Shown here: piece after piece, positions 43,816-53,494 of the stretch
Layout of the letters: every line of letters starts with the position of its first letter
Position numbering within the stretch: the first letter of the stretch is position 1
IMG/VR virus record: IMGVR_UViG_3300047550_002572
Location: 1-56,110 of that record
From: a virus
Taxonomy: Duplodnaviria > Caudoviricetes
Reading direction: 5' to 3' (one strand)
Length of the DNA: 56,110 nt
Translations under genes and position numbers: made by a program
Notes under the pieces: model-generated
What the model saw: the letters and a program-made list of their open reading frames with translations, nothing else
Databases searched by the model: none
Told to the model about the DNA's origin: nothing

Positions 43816-43855
43816 AAGCCCCGCCCAAGCTGCGAACAACCTGAGCGGGGCTAGA
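43816..43855 (-). terminator. Stem-loop after the capsid operon
   Basis: AGCCCCGC...GCGGGGCT inverted repeat. Confidence 0.55.
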
Positions 43856-43857
43856 CC

Positions 43858-44340
43858 CTAGTTGTTGAGCGCCGAGCTCTCGCTGCCGTAGTCCTGAGAC
43901 ACCAGGAGATAGAAGCGAGCGGTCTGATCGCCCACACCAGCGCCCTGCGTACCCACCACCAGCTCCACCTTCTGGCCTGCAGTGGCCTTCGGGTAGGTCG
44001 GTGCCGCCTTCGGGTCCGTCGTAGCCGACTGATTGAGCTCAGTCTCGACGACAGTCCACGCAGCGTGGCTTGCCACAGAAGCGACAGTGAACGCCGTGCT
44101 GGTCGCATCCACAACGTCAGCGCCAGCGATCTGCAGCTTGGCCGTGCCCGCCGTGGTCTGAGCACCACCTGCCGCAGCCATCGCCATACCGATAGCCTTG
44201 ATGCGAACCGCACCCAGACCCGCCGGAATAACGAAGATGCCCAGCGAAGACCCTGCTGCACCAGCCAGGTCCTTCGCGGAAATCGAATCGACCGGATTCA
44301 GCACTTTGAGTGACTGATACCGTTCCTTTGGAAAACCCAT
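43858..44340 (-). CDS. Capsid decoration / minor head protein
   Basis: Directly after the MCP; SD AAAGGAGG; Ala/Gly/Thr-rich. Confidence 0.65.
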   Translation of the reverse strand: MGFPKERYQSLKVLNPVDSISAKDLAGAAGSSLGIFVIPAGLGAVRIKAIGMAMAAAGGAQTTAGTAKLQIAGADVVDATSTAFTVASVASHAAWTVVETELNQSATTDPKAAPTYPKATAGQKVELVVGTQGAGVGDQTARFYLLVSQDYGSESSALNN

Positions 44341-44370
44341 GATGCGAAGCCTCCTTTCGCCTCTCGAATA

Positions 44371-45306
44371 CTAGGTGCTGGTGACGTACACAGCGCGGGC
44401 ATCGCCCTCGCTCGAGTAGTCCCAAGTGCGCTTAAAGCCGCCAACCCAGACCCAACGGATGCCGCGGTTGCGACCGTAGTCCTCGCCCAGCTTGGCCTGC
44501 AGCTCCTCGGGGTACACCGCGATCTCGATCACGGCATCCTCTCCGAAATAGACAGCCTCGCCCAGACCGCCCGCCTTGTTGCCGTTGAGCGCGTTCGTCT
44601 CTTCGGTGAAGCGGCAGCCGTAGTAGCGACCCAGCTCGCCCGTGAAGAAACGCTCGGGGTCACCGTACTTGACGGCATCGAAGTACTCGCTGTCGTCCTT
44701 CAGCCCGCGCATATGCGTGGTCGTGCAGACCGACATGAAGTTGTTGCCGTCGAACTTGGGCATCTTGTAGGTGGACTTCATCAGGTCCACGAGGTTCTTC
44801 ACGTCCCACACGCTCATGTTGCGCGTAGCGACGTTCGTCGCGCCCGTGGTCGAGAGGGTATAAGCCTTGTTCGTCTCCGTGCCCTGCGGACAGTACACGA
44901 GGTCGGTGGCCTTGAACTCAATCGAGCACGCCTTGTCGAGCACCTTCGCCATGTCGTTCTTCAGCGCCGAAATGATCGGGCTGTTGATATCGAGCTTGGC
45001 AAGGATCTCCAGCTTCCAGGTATACTCGATGGAGTTGGTGTACTCGTCTGCCGTCACCGCATCCTTGAAGATCGTGATGCTGCTGGTCGGAACCGTCTCA
45101 AGCTCCGAAACCTTGCGACCCTGCACCGCGATGTTTGAAGTCTTCGTGAACTCCAGACGGTCGCCCATGTTGCGACCAAAGTCCTCTTCGGGCCGCACGA
45201 ACTGACGGAAGCGGCACATCGGCTGTGCAGCCTCCCGAATCTTCCGGCTCAGCTCAGGCGTGGTAAGAAACCCGCCTTGGCTGTCTGTTCCCCATGTCTG
45301 TCCCAT
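44371..45306 (-). CDS. Major capsid protein (HK97 fold, N4-gp56-like)
   Basis: FRQF, G.....F, GELG...GCRF.E, FG.DA, DYGR..GI.W; SD AAAGGAGG; strong codon bias. Confidence 0.88.
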   Translation of the reverse strand: MGQTWGTDSQGGFLTTPELSRKIREAAQPMCRFRQFVRPEEDFGRNMGDRLEFTKTSNIAVQGRKVSELETVPTSSITIFKDAVTADEYTNSIEYTWKLEILAKLDINSPIISALKNDMAKVLDKACSIEFKATDLVYCPQGTETNKAYTLSTTGATNVATRNMSVWDVKNLVDLMKSTYKMPKFDGNNFMSVCTTTHMRGLKDDSEYFDAVKYGDPERFFTGELGRYYGCRFTEETNALNGNKAGGLGEAVYFGEDAVIEIAVYPEELQAKLGEDYGRNRGIRWVWVGGFKRTWDYSSEGDARAVYVTST

Positions 45307-45368
45307 ATTTTAGGGCCTCCTTTCAACTGAGAGACTGCTTGTGAAGACCGACTACCTTTTTGAAACGT

Positions 45369-46682
45369 TTATTTGTTTTGCTTGTTAAACCACTCAATTA
45401 CGTCTGAAGCGTCTTTTTGTTCTCTTGCTCTTTGAGTGGCTGTTCGATAAGCATCTCGCACATCATTTACAGCGCGACGACCCGCTTTCATTTCAGGAGT
45501 AACTCTTCTAAGTGTTGTTCCAATGTTGTTTGCGGTGTTTAGCAACTGCACTCCTGTTTTTATTGCACTTGCAGGGATCAAAGAACCTAAAGCAGTCAGC
45601 GCGGCATTAGTAAGTTCGTTGTAAGGGGTAGGACCCCACACAGGACTAACAGGCGGCTCAGACCGTGGAACAAAACGGTCGTCAAGAAGCCGAAAACTCG
45701 GTGCTTCATTTGTTGGAATGGAATTGGGGAAAGAAAAAGGAACATTGGTTGAAGTTTTAGCCGAATAAGTTGAATAAGTTGATTTTGGTGCCGTAGCCTG
45801 AACAGGCTGTGCTGGCGCAGTGGGGGGCTTCGACGCAGGCTTATTTGGCTGGCCTGCTTTGGTTGGAGCATTTGAAGCGGGGGCTGGTGCGCCGTTTTTC
45901 TTCGAAGCGTTGCCCACAACTACGTCGTATACTTTTCCCAAACGGTCTCTATACCGTTTAATAATGTTGCCTGTTTTTTGATCAGCGAAGGTTTGAATAA
46001 GTGTATCGGGTTCATTAGACACAGGGATTTCACTAGGCGCAGGCATCACTCGCCCTGTTACCGTGCGACTAGTACCGCCAGCGCGTTGATAGTCCTGTTT
46101 TGAGTCTTGAGCCTGCATCGCTTGAACGCTGGAATTCGTGTAGGTATGACTGGGGCCCGCAGAATACGAACGCTGCGCGGGAGCGGAAGGACGAGCATAC
46201 GACGTTTTCTTTGCGGCAGGGCGCGTTGCGGGCGCAGCAGGTTGCACTGGCTTGGGGTAGTAGGCAGGACGACCTTGGGCCCCAGTTCTTGCTCCTTGAA
46301 GAGCCGCGATCTGTAGCATCTGCGCCATCTTTTGCGGATTGACGCCTGCTGGGGAAGGCTGAGACATCCCCGGCGGCGTCATCCGAACTACTTCAACTGT
46401 GTTTTCCTCCCGCGGAGAAGAAGGAGCAACCAGCCCATGCGGAGTCGGAGCGGGGGGAGTGCGGTACTCCCACTGGTCAAACGACTGGTCGGGCAACACC
46501 GGCCCTGCGTAAGAGTACTGCGGGTGATGTTCGAACTCCGAAGCAAAGTGCATCGGAACCGGCATCGGCGCAACGAGCTGACTCGGATGCTGGAGCATGG
46601 GGATGAACGAATTAGCCAGCTGGGCTTGATGGTTTTCTGGGTAATAAGACCCGCCGCTCAGTTCTGGTCTATAATCGAACAT
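45369..46682 (-). CDS. Low-complexity hypothetical protein between scaffold and MCP
   Basis: 437 aa, Pro/Ala/Ser-rich; 3' half noticeably AT-rich. Confidence 0.7.
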   Translation of the reverse strand: MFDYRPELSGGSYYPENHQAQLANSFIPMLQHPSQLVAPMPVPMHFASEFEHHPQYSYAGPVLPDQSFDQWEYRTPPAPTPHGLVAPSSPREENTVEVVRMTPPGMSQPSPAGVNPQKMAQMLQIAALQGARTGAQGRPAYYPKPVQPAAPATRPAAKKTSYARPSAPAQRSYSAGPSHTYTNSSVQAMQAQDSKQDYQRAGGTSRTVTGRVMPAPSEIPVSNEPDTLIQTFADQKTGNIIKRYRDRLGKVYDVVVGNASKKNGAPAPASNAPTKAGQPNKPASKPPTAPAQPVQATAPKSTYSTYSAKTSTNVPFSFPNSIPTNEAPSFRLLDDRFVPRSEPPVSPVWGPTPYNELTNAALTALGSLIPASAIKTGVQLLNTANNIGTTLRRVTPEMKAGRRAVNDVRDAYRTATQRAREQKDASDVIEWFNKQNK

Positions 46683-46696
46683 CCCCCGCTACCCCC

Positions 46697-47494
46697 TCAG
46701 TACTGCGCCTGGCGGCGCTTCTCGAACAGATCCTTGCGCTGCTGGGTCCACCGCTGCAGCTCCTCGCGACGAAGCTCGTCGTCGATGCGACGGTACTGAA
46801 CCCCAGGCTGGCTCTGGCCCGTGCTGTTCGCACGCCACTGCCCGCCCATCGGAGACTGCGGAACCTGAGACACCGGCGCCAAACGACCCGCCTTCAGCAG
46901 GTTTCGCGTAGTGTTCACGGCAATCTCATACGCCTGCGCCTTCGGGAGATGCTGATTCGCTGCGTAGTAGGACGCCACCACATCGCTGTACGGCATCAAG
47001 TCGCTATCCTGCGTTTGAAACCGCTGCGCGAGGGCGTTGCCCACTGCCGTGTCTTGGTTGATCGCACTCAGCGTCTCGCTGATTCTACGCTGGGCGATCT
47101 GGTCGGCCATCGCCGCCGCTTCGTCCACGGTGAGCTGGCGCTGCTGCTGTGCGCTCTCTTGGCTGTCCACGTTGCTGCCTCCGTTGATGCTGTCGAGGTA
47201 TTCCCGCCACGGGTCCTCGGACTGACTGGACTGCTGCGGCTTGCTGTACGTCTGCTGGTACGCCTGGTAGGACTGCTGCGCGGCCTGCTGGCGAGCCTGC
47301 TCCTGCTGCTGCACGAGAATGGCCTGAAGCGCCTGCTGGTGGCGAGACAGCTCTATATCGCGCTCTTGGGCACGACGCTCGGCTTCCTCGAGACGGCCAC
47401 GAAGGTAATCGGGAGACTCTTCGCTCTGCTCGTCGGCCTCCTGATAGTCAGGGTCCGAGAGAATGACCATGCTAGGGTCGGACATGCCGTCCAT
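46697..47494 (-). CDS. Scaffolding protein
   Basis: Acidic N-terminus, Gln-rich coiled coil, basic C-terminus; position. Confidence 0.65.
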   Translation of the reverse strand: MDGMSDPSMVILSDPDYQEADEQSEESPDYLRGRLEEAERRAQERDIELSRHQQALQAILVQQQEQARQQAAQQSYQAYQQTYSKPQQSSQSEDPWREYLDSINGGSNVDSQESAQQQRQLTVDEAAAMADQIAQRRISETLSAINQDTAVGNALAQRFQTQDSDLMPYSDVVASYYAANQHLPKAQAYEIAVNTTRNLLKAGRLAPVSQVPQSPMGGQWRANSTGQSQPGVQYRRIDDELRREELQRWTQQRKDLFEKRRQAQY

Positions 47495-47769
47495 CAGACA
47501 ATCCCTTTCTGATTCTTCAGTTTCTGGGCGATGAAGGCGGCTTGATCCGACAAGAGCTGAAACATCCCCTGAGCGCGGAGAAGGTCCTCCGTGCTACTTG
47601 CCAATCGAATCTTGTCCTTCACTTTGGCGTCGAAGTGGGGGAGAAAGTCCTGCTGAAGGAAGGCTGAGTTATCCCGAACGCCACGAGACATCCGCAGACG
47701 GTCTAGGTCTGCATCTGTCGTCAGGCGGGGAACCCCATCTGCATCCAGCAGGACAACCCCGTCAGTCAC
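47494..47769 (-). CDS. Hypothetical head-region protein
   Basis: Probable GTG start overlapping the upstream stop; LLRAQG motif. Confidence 0.6.
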   Translation of the reverse strand: MTDGVVLLDADGVPRLTTDADLDRLRMSRGVRDNSAFLQQDFLPHFDAKVKDKIRLASSTEDLLRAQGMFQLLSDQAAFIAQKLKNQKGIV

Positions 47770-47903
47770 TTCTTCTTGGCTCGTTTCGGAAGCTTTTTGC
47801 CTTTGGTTGCTGCGTTCCACTCATCGACGTTGACCCCTTGGGCCTCCATCTTCTTGCGGTTCGCGTTGAAAAACTTCTCCTGAGCCGCAGACTTGTACGG
47901 CAT
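47766..47903 (-). CDS. Small basic protein (MPYKS.AQ..F type)
   Basis: MPYKSAAQEKFF...EW..ATKGKKLPKR. Confidence 0.7.
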   Translation of the reverse strand: MPYKSAAQEKFFNANRKKMEAQGVNVDEWNAATKGKKLPKRAKKK

Positions 47904-48058
47904 CAGTACGCCGCCTTGACCTCGGAGGGGCCACCGTCCTGCTGAACAGTAGAGGAGCTCGTGCTGCACTTGTTCTCCTTGACGTGGTGCAGCACCGTCT
48001 CGGTCTTGCCCTTCTTGCCAGGGGACGCCTTCCCCGCCTCACCATACTTGCCAGGCAT
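47903..48058 (-). CDS. 51-aa hypothetical protein, not in the ORF track
   Basis: SD GGAGG; MPGKYGEAGKASPGKKGK... Confidence 0.6.
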   Translation of the reverse strand: MPGKYGEAGKASPGKKGKTETVLHHVKENKCSTSSSTVQQDGGPSEVKAAY

Positions 48059-48072
48059 CGGTATATACCTCC

Positions 48073-48231
48073 CTACTTCTTTTTGCCGAAGGGGTTAGCC
48101 TTCGCCTTGTTGTTCTTTACCTGAACCATCTTGCCCTTGGCCTGCGTAGGGTCGTTCTTCCCCAGCTTCTTGTCAAGAGCGGCATCCTGCTTCTGCATCT
48201 TTGCCATGTTGAACTTGTTACCGCTAGGCAT
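48073..48231 (-). CDS. 52-aa Lys-rich protein, not in the ORF track
   Basis: MPSGNKFNMAKMQKQDAALDKKLGK...NPFGKKK. Confidence 0.6.
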   Translation of the reverse strand: MPSGNKFNMAKMQKQDAALDKKLGKNDPTQAKGKMVQVKNNKAKANPFGKKK

Positions 48232-48233
48232 TG

Positions 48234-48512
48234 CTACTTTCGACCTTTCGGAATGAATCGCTTGCCCACGCCCTGACCCGCATCGTCTGCGATCTTGGCG
48301 TACTGGCTCTCTCGGGTCGGACGGTCGAACTTGTCGATACCGCCAGACTTCACAATGTCTTGGGGAAGACCGCGGTACGCAGCAGTCGTATCGACGACTT
48401 CATTCCCTCCCCGAATATTGCGGGTCGGAAGGAACTTGTTGCCGTAGGTCCCAGCCTCCACAACGTAGGTGCCTGTGGAGTCGTCAGTCGATTTTACGAT
48501 TTTAGCTTCCAT
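48234..48512 (-). CDS. Hypothetical protein
   Basis: SD GAGG; start MEAKIVK. Confidence 0.65.
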   Translation of the reverse strand: MEAKIVKSTDDSTGTYVVEAGTYGNKFLPTRNIRGGNEVVDTTAAYRGLPQDIVKSGGIDKFDRPTRESQYAKIADDAGQGVGKRFIPKGRK

Positions 48513-48558
48513 AACGGCCTCGCTTCCTGAACAGATTAACACGCGGTATTGACTATCG

Positions 48559-50706
48559 TCAACGGTTACGCGGGTTACCTGGTCTTCTTGCCCCTGGGAG
48601 CAAGTTGTCTAGGCCCGGAGGAATGTTGCCTGACGAACCAAGAAGGCCCGACGATTGGTCCTCCATCTGCCCTGGTTGCGGGGGCTGCATCGGTATGGCT
48701 TCGCCCCCGTCACTTCCCCCAAACGTAGACTGCGCCGAGTTGCCCGGCTTCATCAAGTCCGACATCGGCTGGATCGGTGTGTCGCTCACAATGTCCTCGG
48801 CGTCGTACTGCAGCGCCTCGACCAGCTTCTTCAGGATGCCGCCCCACTTGATGTATTGAGCGACGAACGGCAGACGACCCGTCGTGCCGATGAAGAACGT
48901 GAGCTTCTCGATGACCGCCTGACGGTCGAACACGGCACTGAACACCTTCGTCTGAAACGAGATGTCTGAGCCCAAAAGCTGGTACCGCTCGACAGGAGAC
49001 ATCCCCATCAGCTTGTCGTACTCGCCCGACAACTCGGGGTACTTGTCCCGACGACGGTCCAGCCACTCTGCCCAGTCTTTCTGACTCATGAACTGAAGGA
49101 TGGTCTTGAACCCAAGGGTGATCAGCGGCTTGATCAAATTCTTCTCGATGTTGCGATACACATAGTCGAGAAGCACCCCCGCCTCAGCCATGCGTCGGGT
49201 AAACTCCTGGGCGCTCTGCTTGCCTCGAGTGCGCGGCGTCCCCTCGGTCGCATCCGTAAGCGCCGTGCCGTCCGAAAGCTCGTGGGAGATGAGCTGCAAG
49301 AAGGGGAACGTGCCCTGCGGCAGGTCCCCCATCGGCACCGCCGAGATCATTGGCTTGCCGTTTGAATTCTTCTTCTTCCACATCTTGCCAGGGAACGCCA
49401 CGTCGGTGTTCTGCTCGTCGGGGTCGTAGATCATGTCCATGTCGATCTCGTTCATGCCGATCATGATCTTTTGGAAGTAGTCAATCGTCAGGTTGATGAA
49501 CTCGACCCACAGCTCGAACGAATCTGCGTTCATGCTGATAAAACCTTGATGGTAGACACTGAACGGGACGTTTACCATCCCCGCAACCACCAGCGGGATC
49601 TGCCCGTGCCAGAACGGGTTGTCGGTGGGCGGCAACACGATGTACGCCTTGTTGGCGACGATGAAGTACTTGTTCTTCAGCAGGCAGTCGCCTTGCTCAG
49701 AATACAGGTCGCCCCAGAACTCCTGTATATACACCGAGTCCTTGGCAATCGTGTGGATCTGACCCTTCTTGCGGTTCTCACGAGCCTCTTTGTCGAGCAC
49801 CGTGTACTGGTGGCTCATCACCTGGTCCACATTGATGAACGTGCGAACCTCGGCTTCCTGAGCGAACTCGCCCCGCGTGTAATGCCGCTCGATGATAACT
49901 CCCCTGAAACGTCCAGTGGGGTCGAGGATCACGTTGTCTGGCGACAGAAGCTCATAGCGCAGGCGCCCGTCGAACTTCTTGATGTCGGGGCGTGTCTTCG
50001 GAGGCGGCAGGTTCAGCCCGTCGCTGAACGGGTTGGGCATCCCCGTGAGCTGGGAGAGCATCGGATCCATGCTTGGCGCAGAAGAATCGGAAGAACCAGA
50101 CATCATCGCCTGATCGTCCGTCGCGGTCGGGTGATGCCACCCGTCCACATCCCAAGTGCAAAGCACTGGCATGATCTGCGACAACATCCCAACCTCAATC
50201 GCAGTGGAGAACACACTCTCAAAGTCGGCGTGGTCTTCGCCCAAGTACCAATACATCAGGTCTTTGACGATGTTGAGGTACTTCTGCTGGCTGGGTGCGC
50301 TCGTCTCAGTCCCGAACCATTCCTGAGACATCGACAGGATTCGCGTGATGGTGGCTGACAGTCGCTTCACCGTCATCGTCACCTTCGGCAACGTGCGGCG
50401 ACTCTGCCAGTCTTCCTTCTGAGAGAAGTCCCACTTGTTGTTGAACAGCCGCCACGCATTCTCCCAGTTCGCTCGGTGCGGCGCTCGAGCGGTGTCCCAC
50501 TCGTTGAACGTCCACTGCAGCGCGTTGATCAGCTTCTGCGCGGCGAGATCCTGGTCTTGCATAGCCGAATCGGTGGGATGTGGCGAACCCGCGAGGTCGG
50601 GTGGAAGCAGCTCCAACGGCAAACCACCGTCTTGCGACGGGGCCGCGCGGAGCATGATCGTCTTCTTCGCAGGCTCTGCCGAGTTGCCGATTCGGAGCTC
50701 ACCCAT
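48559..50706 (-). CDS. Portal protein (podovirus type)
   Basis: R..W...W, DWQSR, DP, EFWG, NPFWHG..P; 715 aa downstream of TerL. Confidence 0.85.
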   Translation of the reverse strand: MGELRIGNSAEPAKKTIMLRAAPSQDGGLPLELLPPDLAGSPHPTDSAMQDQDLAAQKLINALQWTFNEWDTARAPHRANWENAWRLFNNKWDFSQKEDWQSRRTLPKVTMTVKRLSATITRILSMSQEWFGTETSAPSQQKYLNIVKDLMYWYLGEDHADFESVFSTAIEVGMLSQIMPVLCTWDVDGWHHPTATDDQAMMSGSSDSSAPSMDPMLSQLTGMPNPFSDGLNLPPPKTRPDIKKFDGRLRYELLSPDNVILDPTGRFRGVIIERHYTRGEFAQEAEVRTFINVDQVMSHQYTVLDKEARENRKKGQIHTIAKDSVYIQEFWGDLYSEQGDCLLKNKYFIVANKAYIVLPPTDNPFWHGQIPLVVAGMVNVPFSVYHQGFISMNADSFELWVEFINLTIDYFQKIMIGMNEIDMDMIYDPDEQNTDVAFPGKMWKKKNSNGKPMISAVPMGDLPQGTFPFLQLISHELSDGTALTDATEGTPRTRGKQSAQEFTRRMAEAGVLLDYVYRNIEKNLIKPLITLGFKTILQFMSQKDWAEWLDRRRDKYPELSGEYDKLMGMSPVERYQLLGSDISFQTKVFSAVFDRQAVIEKLTFFIGTTGRLPFVAQYIKWGGILKKLVEALQYDAEDIVSDTPIQPMSDLMKPGNSAQSTFGGSDGGEAIPMQPPQPGQMEDQSSGLLGSSGNIPPGLDNLLPGARRPGNPRNR

Positions 50707-50707
50707 G

Positions 50708-51226
50708 CTACATCATTCCCCCAGGAGGCATCGGAGGGCCACCCATCGGAGGACCGCCCATCGGAGGGGGAGCCCCACCACCCGACATGATCTGCGTGAT
50801 GATGCTGACCAGCGTCTGCTGCACTTCGGGGCTGACCATCATCGCTGCGGCCACCACTGGCCCGAACTGGTGGCCGATCTGTTCCATCTGATCGGCACCC
50901 CCAGCATCCGGCGGGGGACCACCACCCATCATCTCAGGAGGAACACCTGCGCCGCCCATCTCAGGGGGAGGAGCCTGGCCCGTCAGGGCTGCGGTCATCG
51001 GGTCGGGCGTCATCGCCCCAGGAGGGGGAGCGCCCTGCCCCACAAGCGCAGCCGTCATCGGATCAGGACCGGCAGGAGCCCCGCCCATGTCGGGAGGAGC
51101 GCCCATCGGGGGACCACCCGAAGGGGGACCGGCTGAAGCACTCAGCGCAGACGTGTCCAGTGGGGGCTTGGGGTTGGGCTTGTCCATGCTGGACACCTTG
51201 CCGCCGTCCTTCGGCTTCTTAGCCAT
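50708..51226 (-). CDS. Pro/Gly/Met-rich low-complexity protein
   Basis: SD GAGGAGG; repeats PDPMTAAL.GQ and GGPPM. Confidence 0.7.
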   Translation of the reverse strand: MAKKPKDGGKVSSMDKPNPKPPLDTSALSASAGPPSGGPPMGAPPDMGGAPAGPDPMTAALVGQGAPPPGAMTPDPMTAALTGQAPPPEMGGAGVPPEMMGGGPPPDAGGADQMEQIGHQFGPVVAAAMMVSPEVQQTLVSIITQIMSGGGAPPPMGGPPMGGPPMPPGGMM

Positions 51227-52862
51227 CGTCGTTCCTCCTCGGCTTTCCAAAGTTGTAGACCGGCCCGCGTCGGCCTTGGAGCTCTCGCATAATCGTCTCT
51301 GCGTAAGACCCGTCGTTTGTCAGGGTTCGGTATAGACGCTTGGCGACCTTTTTCGGCACGGTGGCGTTCGTGATCTCGCGGAACATCACCACTGCATACC
51401 GACAGCAGTCCATGCAGTGGTCGTACCGCCCGTCCTTCACAGGCTTGATCGCATCGTCCTTTGCGTCGGGGTCCTGGGTGTACCCGAACTCGAAGGCGTC
51501 GATCAGAATCCCGCAATGAACGGGATCAAAGATCATCGCCGGAACACCTCCTGGTAGTATAGAGGATAGCTCTTGGTATAGCAACTGAACGCCATACTCA
51601 ATCTTCGAGAACCGATACCGAGGACGAAGCCCCAACCCCTCGAGAACCTGAATCTCGGTTTTGTCACTCGTGGACGACCGTTTCTTCCCTGCTTGGTCGC
51701 AGATGTCGATGAAGTCTGCTGTGTTGCCTCGAGCGTCGGTGTACCACTTCTTCGAGTTGTTGATCATCTTCTTGGCGAACGGCATCAGCATCTCGTCGTT
51801 GCCCAAGTGCGCCCGAAGCCACTTGATCTGACCCGTATCCTTGTCCTCCTGGGCGAACACACACGCCGGACGCCGAAACCCAAAGTCCCAGATCCGCCAG
51901 ATCGGCCAGCGCGGGTTCCACGTCAGCGTCTTGTCGCCTGCGGGCACATGGATCTTGCGGTTGAAGTAGTTCTTGAAGATCGGCTTGCCCTTGATGCTGG
52001 GCGTGAACAACCCCAACCTGAACTTGCGGTACAGCGCCGGAGAGTCCTTGTACGCCTCTTCCAGCGAAGAGATGTACCCCTGCGGCAGGTTGCGCTCGTT
52101 GTCCTCGGTAGGATAGTGGATCGCTTTGACGTTGGGCTGGGGGTCTATTGCCCGCTCAGTGAACCACTTCTTGTATGTCCAGTGCTCTTCGCTCGGCGGG
52201 TTCTCGATGCAGCAGATCATTCGAGCGGGCGCCCGCTGCCCCGACATACGACCGACCACCGTGTCGAAGAACAGCTCCTGAATCTCGTCGCACTCCTCAA
52301 GCAGAACGATGTCGTACTCGGTGCCGCCTAGGTTGTCGGCCTTGCCTTCGCCCGCCTTGTTCGCGTTCTCGGTCGAGCGGAACACCCACGACGAACCATT
52401 CTTGAAGTACAAGCCTGGGCGGTCGCCTCCGCGAAACTCGTAATCTTCGCCTTTGTTGTAGCCGACTTTTGACAAGAACTCGACCACCGAAGGAACCAAC
52501 GAGTCTGCGAGCTGGGTGTACGTCCGGCGAGCACCCAACGCTTTCGTGCCTGGGTACTTCACGAGGATCTTCACGAACAGGGCGATAGTGCCCACCGTCT
52601 TGCCCGACCGAGTGGCCCCGTACTCCAGCACCATCAAGATGTTGTCTTGCTCGTTGTCCTTCGAGAAGTCGAAGTACAGGTCGTGAAGATAGTCCTGCCG
52701 AGGGTTGGGCGACCCCACCAACCCCCGATCAAGACTCCAGAAGTTGTTCATCACCGGCTCGACGAGCGCCTCGTTCATCGCCATCAACGACGCAATCTCG
52801 TTGAAGACAATGCCATCGGCGTCGGGGAAGAAGTTATGGGTTTGTACCGTCTTCCACGCCAT
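51219..52862 (-). CDS. terL: Terminase large subunit
   Basis: GATRSGKT, LLEECDE, ENPP, WDFGF, C-terminal DHCMDCCRY nuclease motif. Confidence 0.92.
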   Translation of the reverse strand: MAWKTVQTHNFFPDADGIVFNEIASLMAMNEALVEPVMNNFWSLDRGLVGSPNPRQDYLHDLYFDFSKDNEQDNILMVLEYGATRSGKTVGTIALFVKILVKYPGTKALGARRTYTQLADSLVPSVVEFLSKVGYNKGEDYEFRGGDRPGLYFKNGSSWVFRSTENANKAGEGKADNLGGTEYDIVLLEECDEIQELFFDTVVGRMSGQRAPARMICCIENPPSEEHWTYKKWFTERAIDPQPNVKAIHYPTEDNERNLPQGYISSLEEAYKDSPALYRKFRLGLFTPSIKGKPIFKNYFNRKIHVPAGDKTLTWNPRWPIWRIWDFGFRRPACVFAQEDKDTGQIKWLRAHLGNDEMLMPFAKKMINNSKKWYTDARGNTADFIDICDQAGKKRSSTSDKTEIQVLEGLGLRPRYRFSKIEYGVQLLYQELSSILPGGVPAMIFDPVHCGILIDAFEFGYTQDPDAKDDAIKPVKDGRYDHCMDCCRYAVVMFREITNATVPKKVAKRLYRTLTNDGSYAETIMRELQGRRGPVYNFGKPRRNDDG

Positions 52863-52864
52863 CG

Positions 52865-53494
52865 TCAGTACTTGGCAATCAACTCGATCACGTCACACGA
52901 CTTGCCGTTGACATCCAAACTGGTAAGCGGGTACGTCTTCCCGTCAATCACAACCGTGCGACCGTTGTAGTTGGCAAACACCTTCAGCACCCGCTGCACC
53001 GGCGCCACCAGCGAAGACCAGTTAACATACTTGGCCGACCCGACCGACCGGATACGGCGGTATACCCCGCCGCCGTTGTCGTCGCTGCCACCGCTGCCCT
53101 GAGCCGACGTGTTGCCTTCAATCGTGTGGATCTGGTTGCCTTCCACCTGCTCTACGATGCCGATGTGGCCCGAGTACTGCCCGTCGTTGTCCCACATCTG
53201 CAGCAGCATGAAGTCGCCCCGCTGCGGAGTCGTTTTCAGCACACCCTTGCTCCGCGCCCACGACTCAATGCTCGGGCAATACGCTCGGTTGCCCAAGTCC
53301 TCCCAAGTGCTCTTTGGCACACCCACCTCGTCGGTAACGAAGAACACGAACGCGGCACACCAAGGGTTGCCTGGCCCCAGACCGACTGCGGCCAGATACT
53401 GGTTGACCCTCGGGCCGCTGTTGCTGAATCCCACCTCAGTAACGCCCAGTTCTTTGATCGCTGCAGTGACCACAGAATCCACATACGAACTCAT
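52865..53494 (-). CDS. CHAP-domain endolysin
   Basis: G.PWCAAFV, GD, GHIGIV, TIEGNT. Confidence 0.9.
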   Translation of the reverse strand: MSSYVDSVVTAAIKELGVTEVGFSNSGPRVNQYLAAVGLGPGNPWCAAFVFFVTDEVGVPKSTWEDLGNRAYCPSIESWARSKGVLKTTPQRGDFMLLQMWDNDGQYSGHIGIVEQVEGNQIHTIEGNTSAQGSGGSDDNGGGVYRRIRSVGSAKYVNWSSLVAPVQRVLKVFANYNGRTVVIDGKTYPLTSLDVNGKSCDVIELIAKY

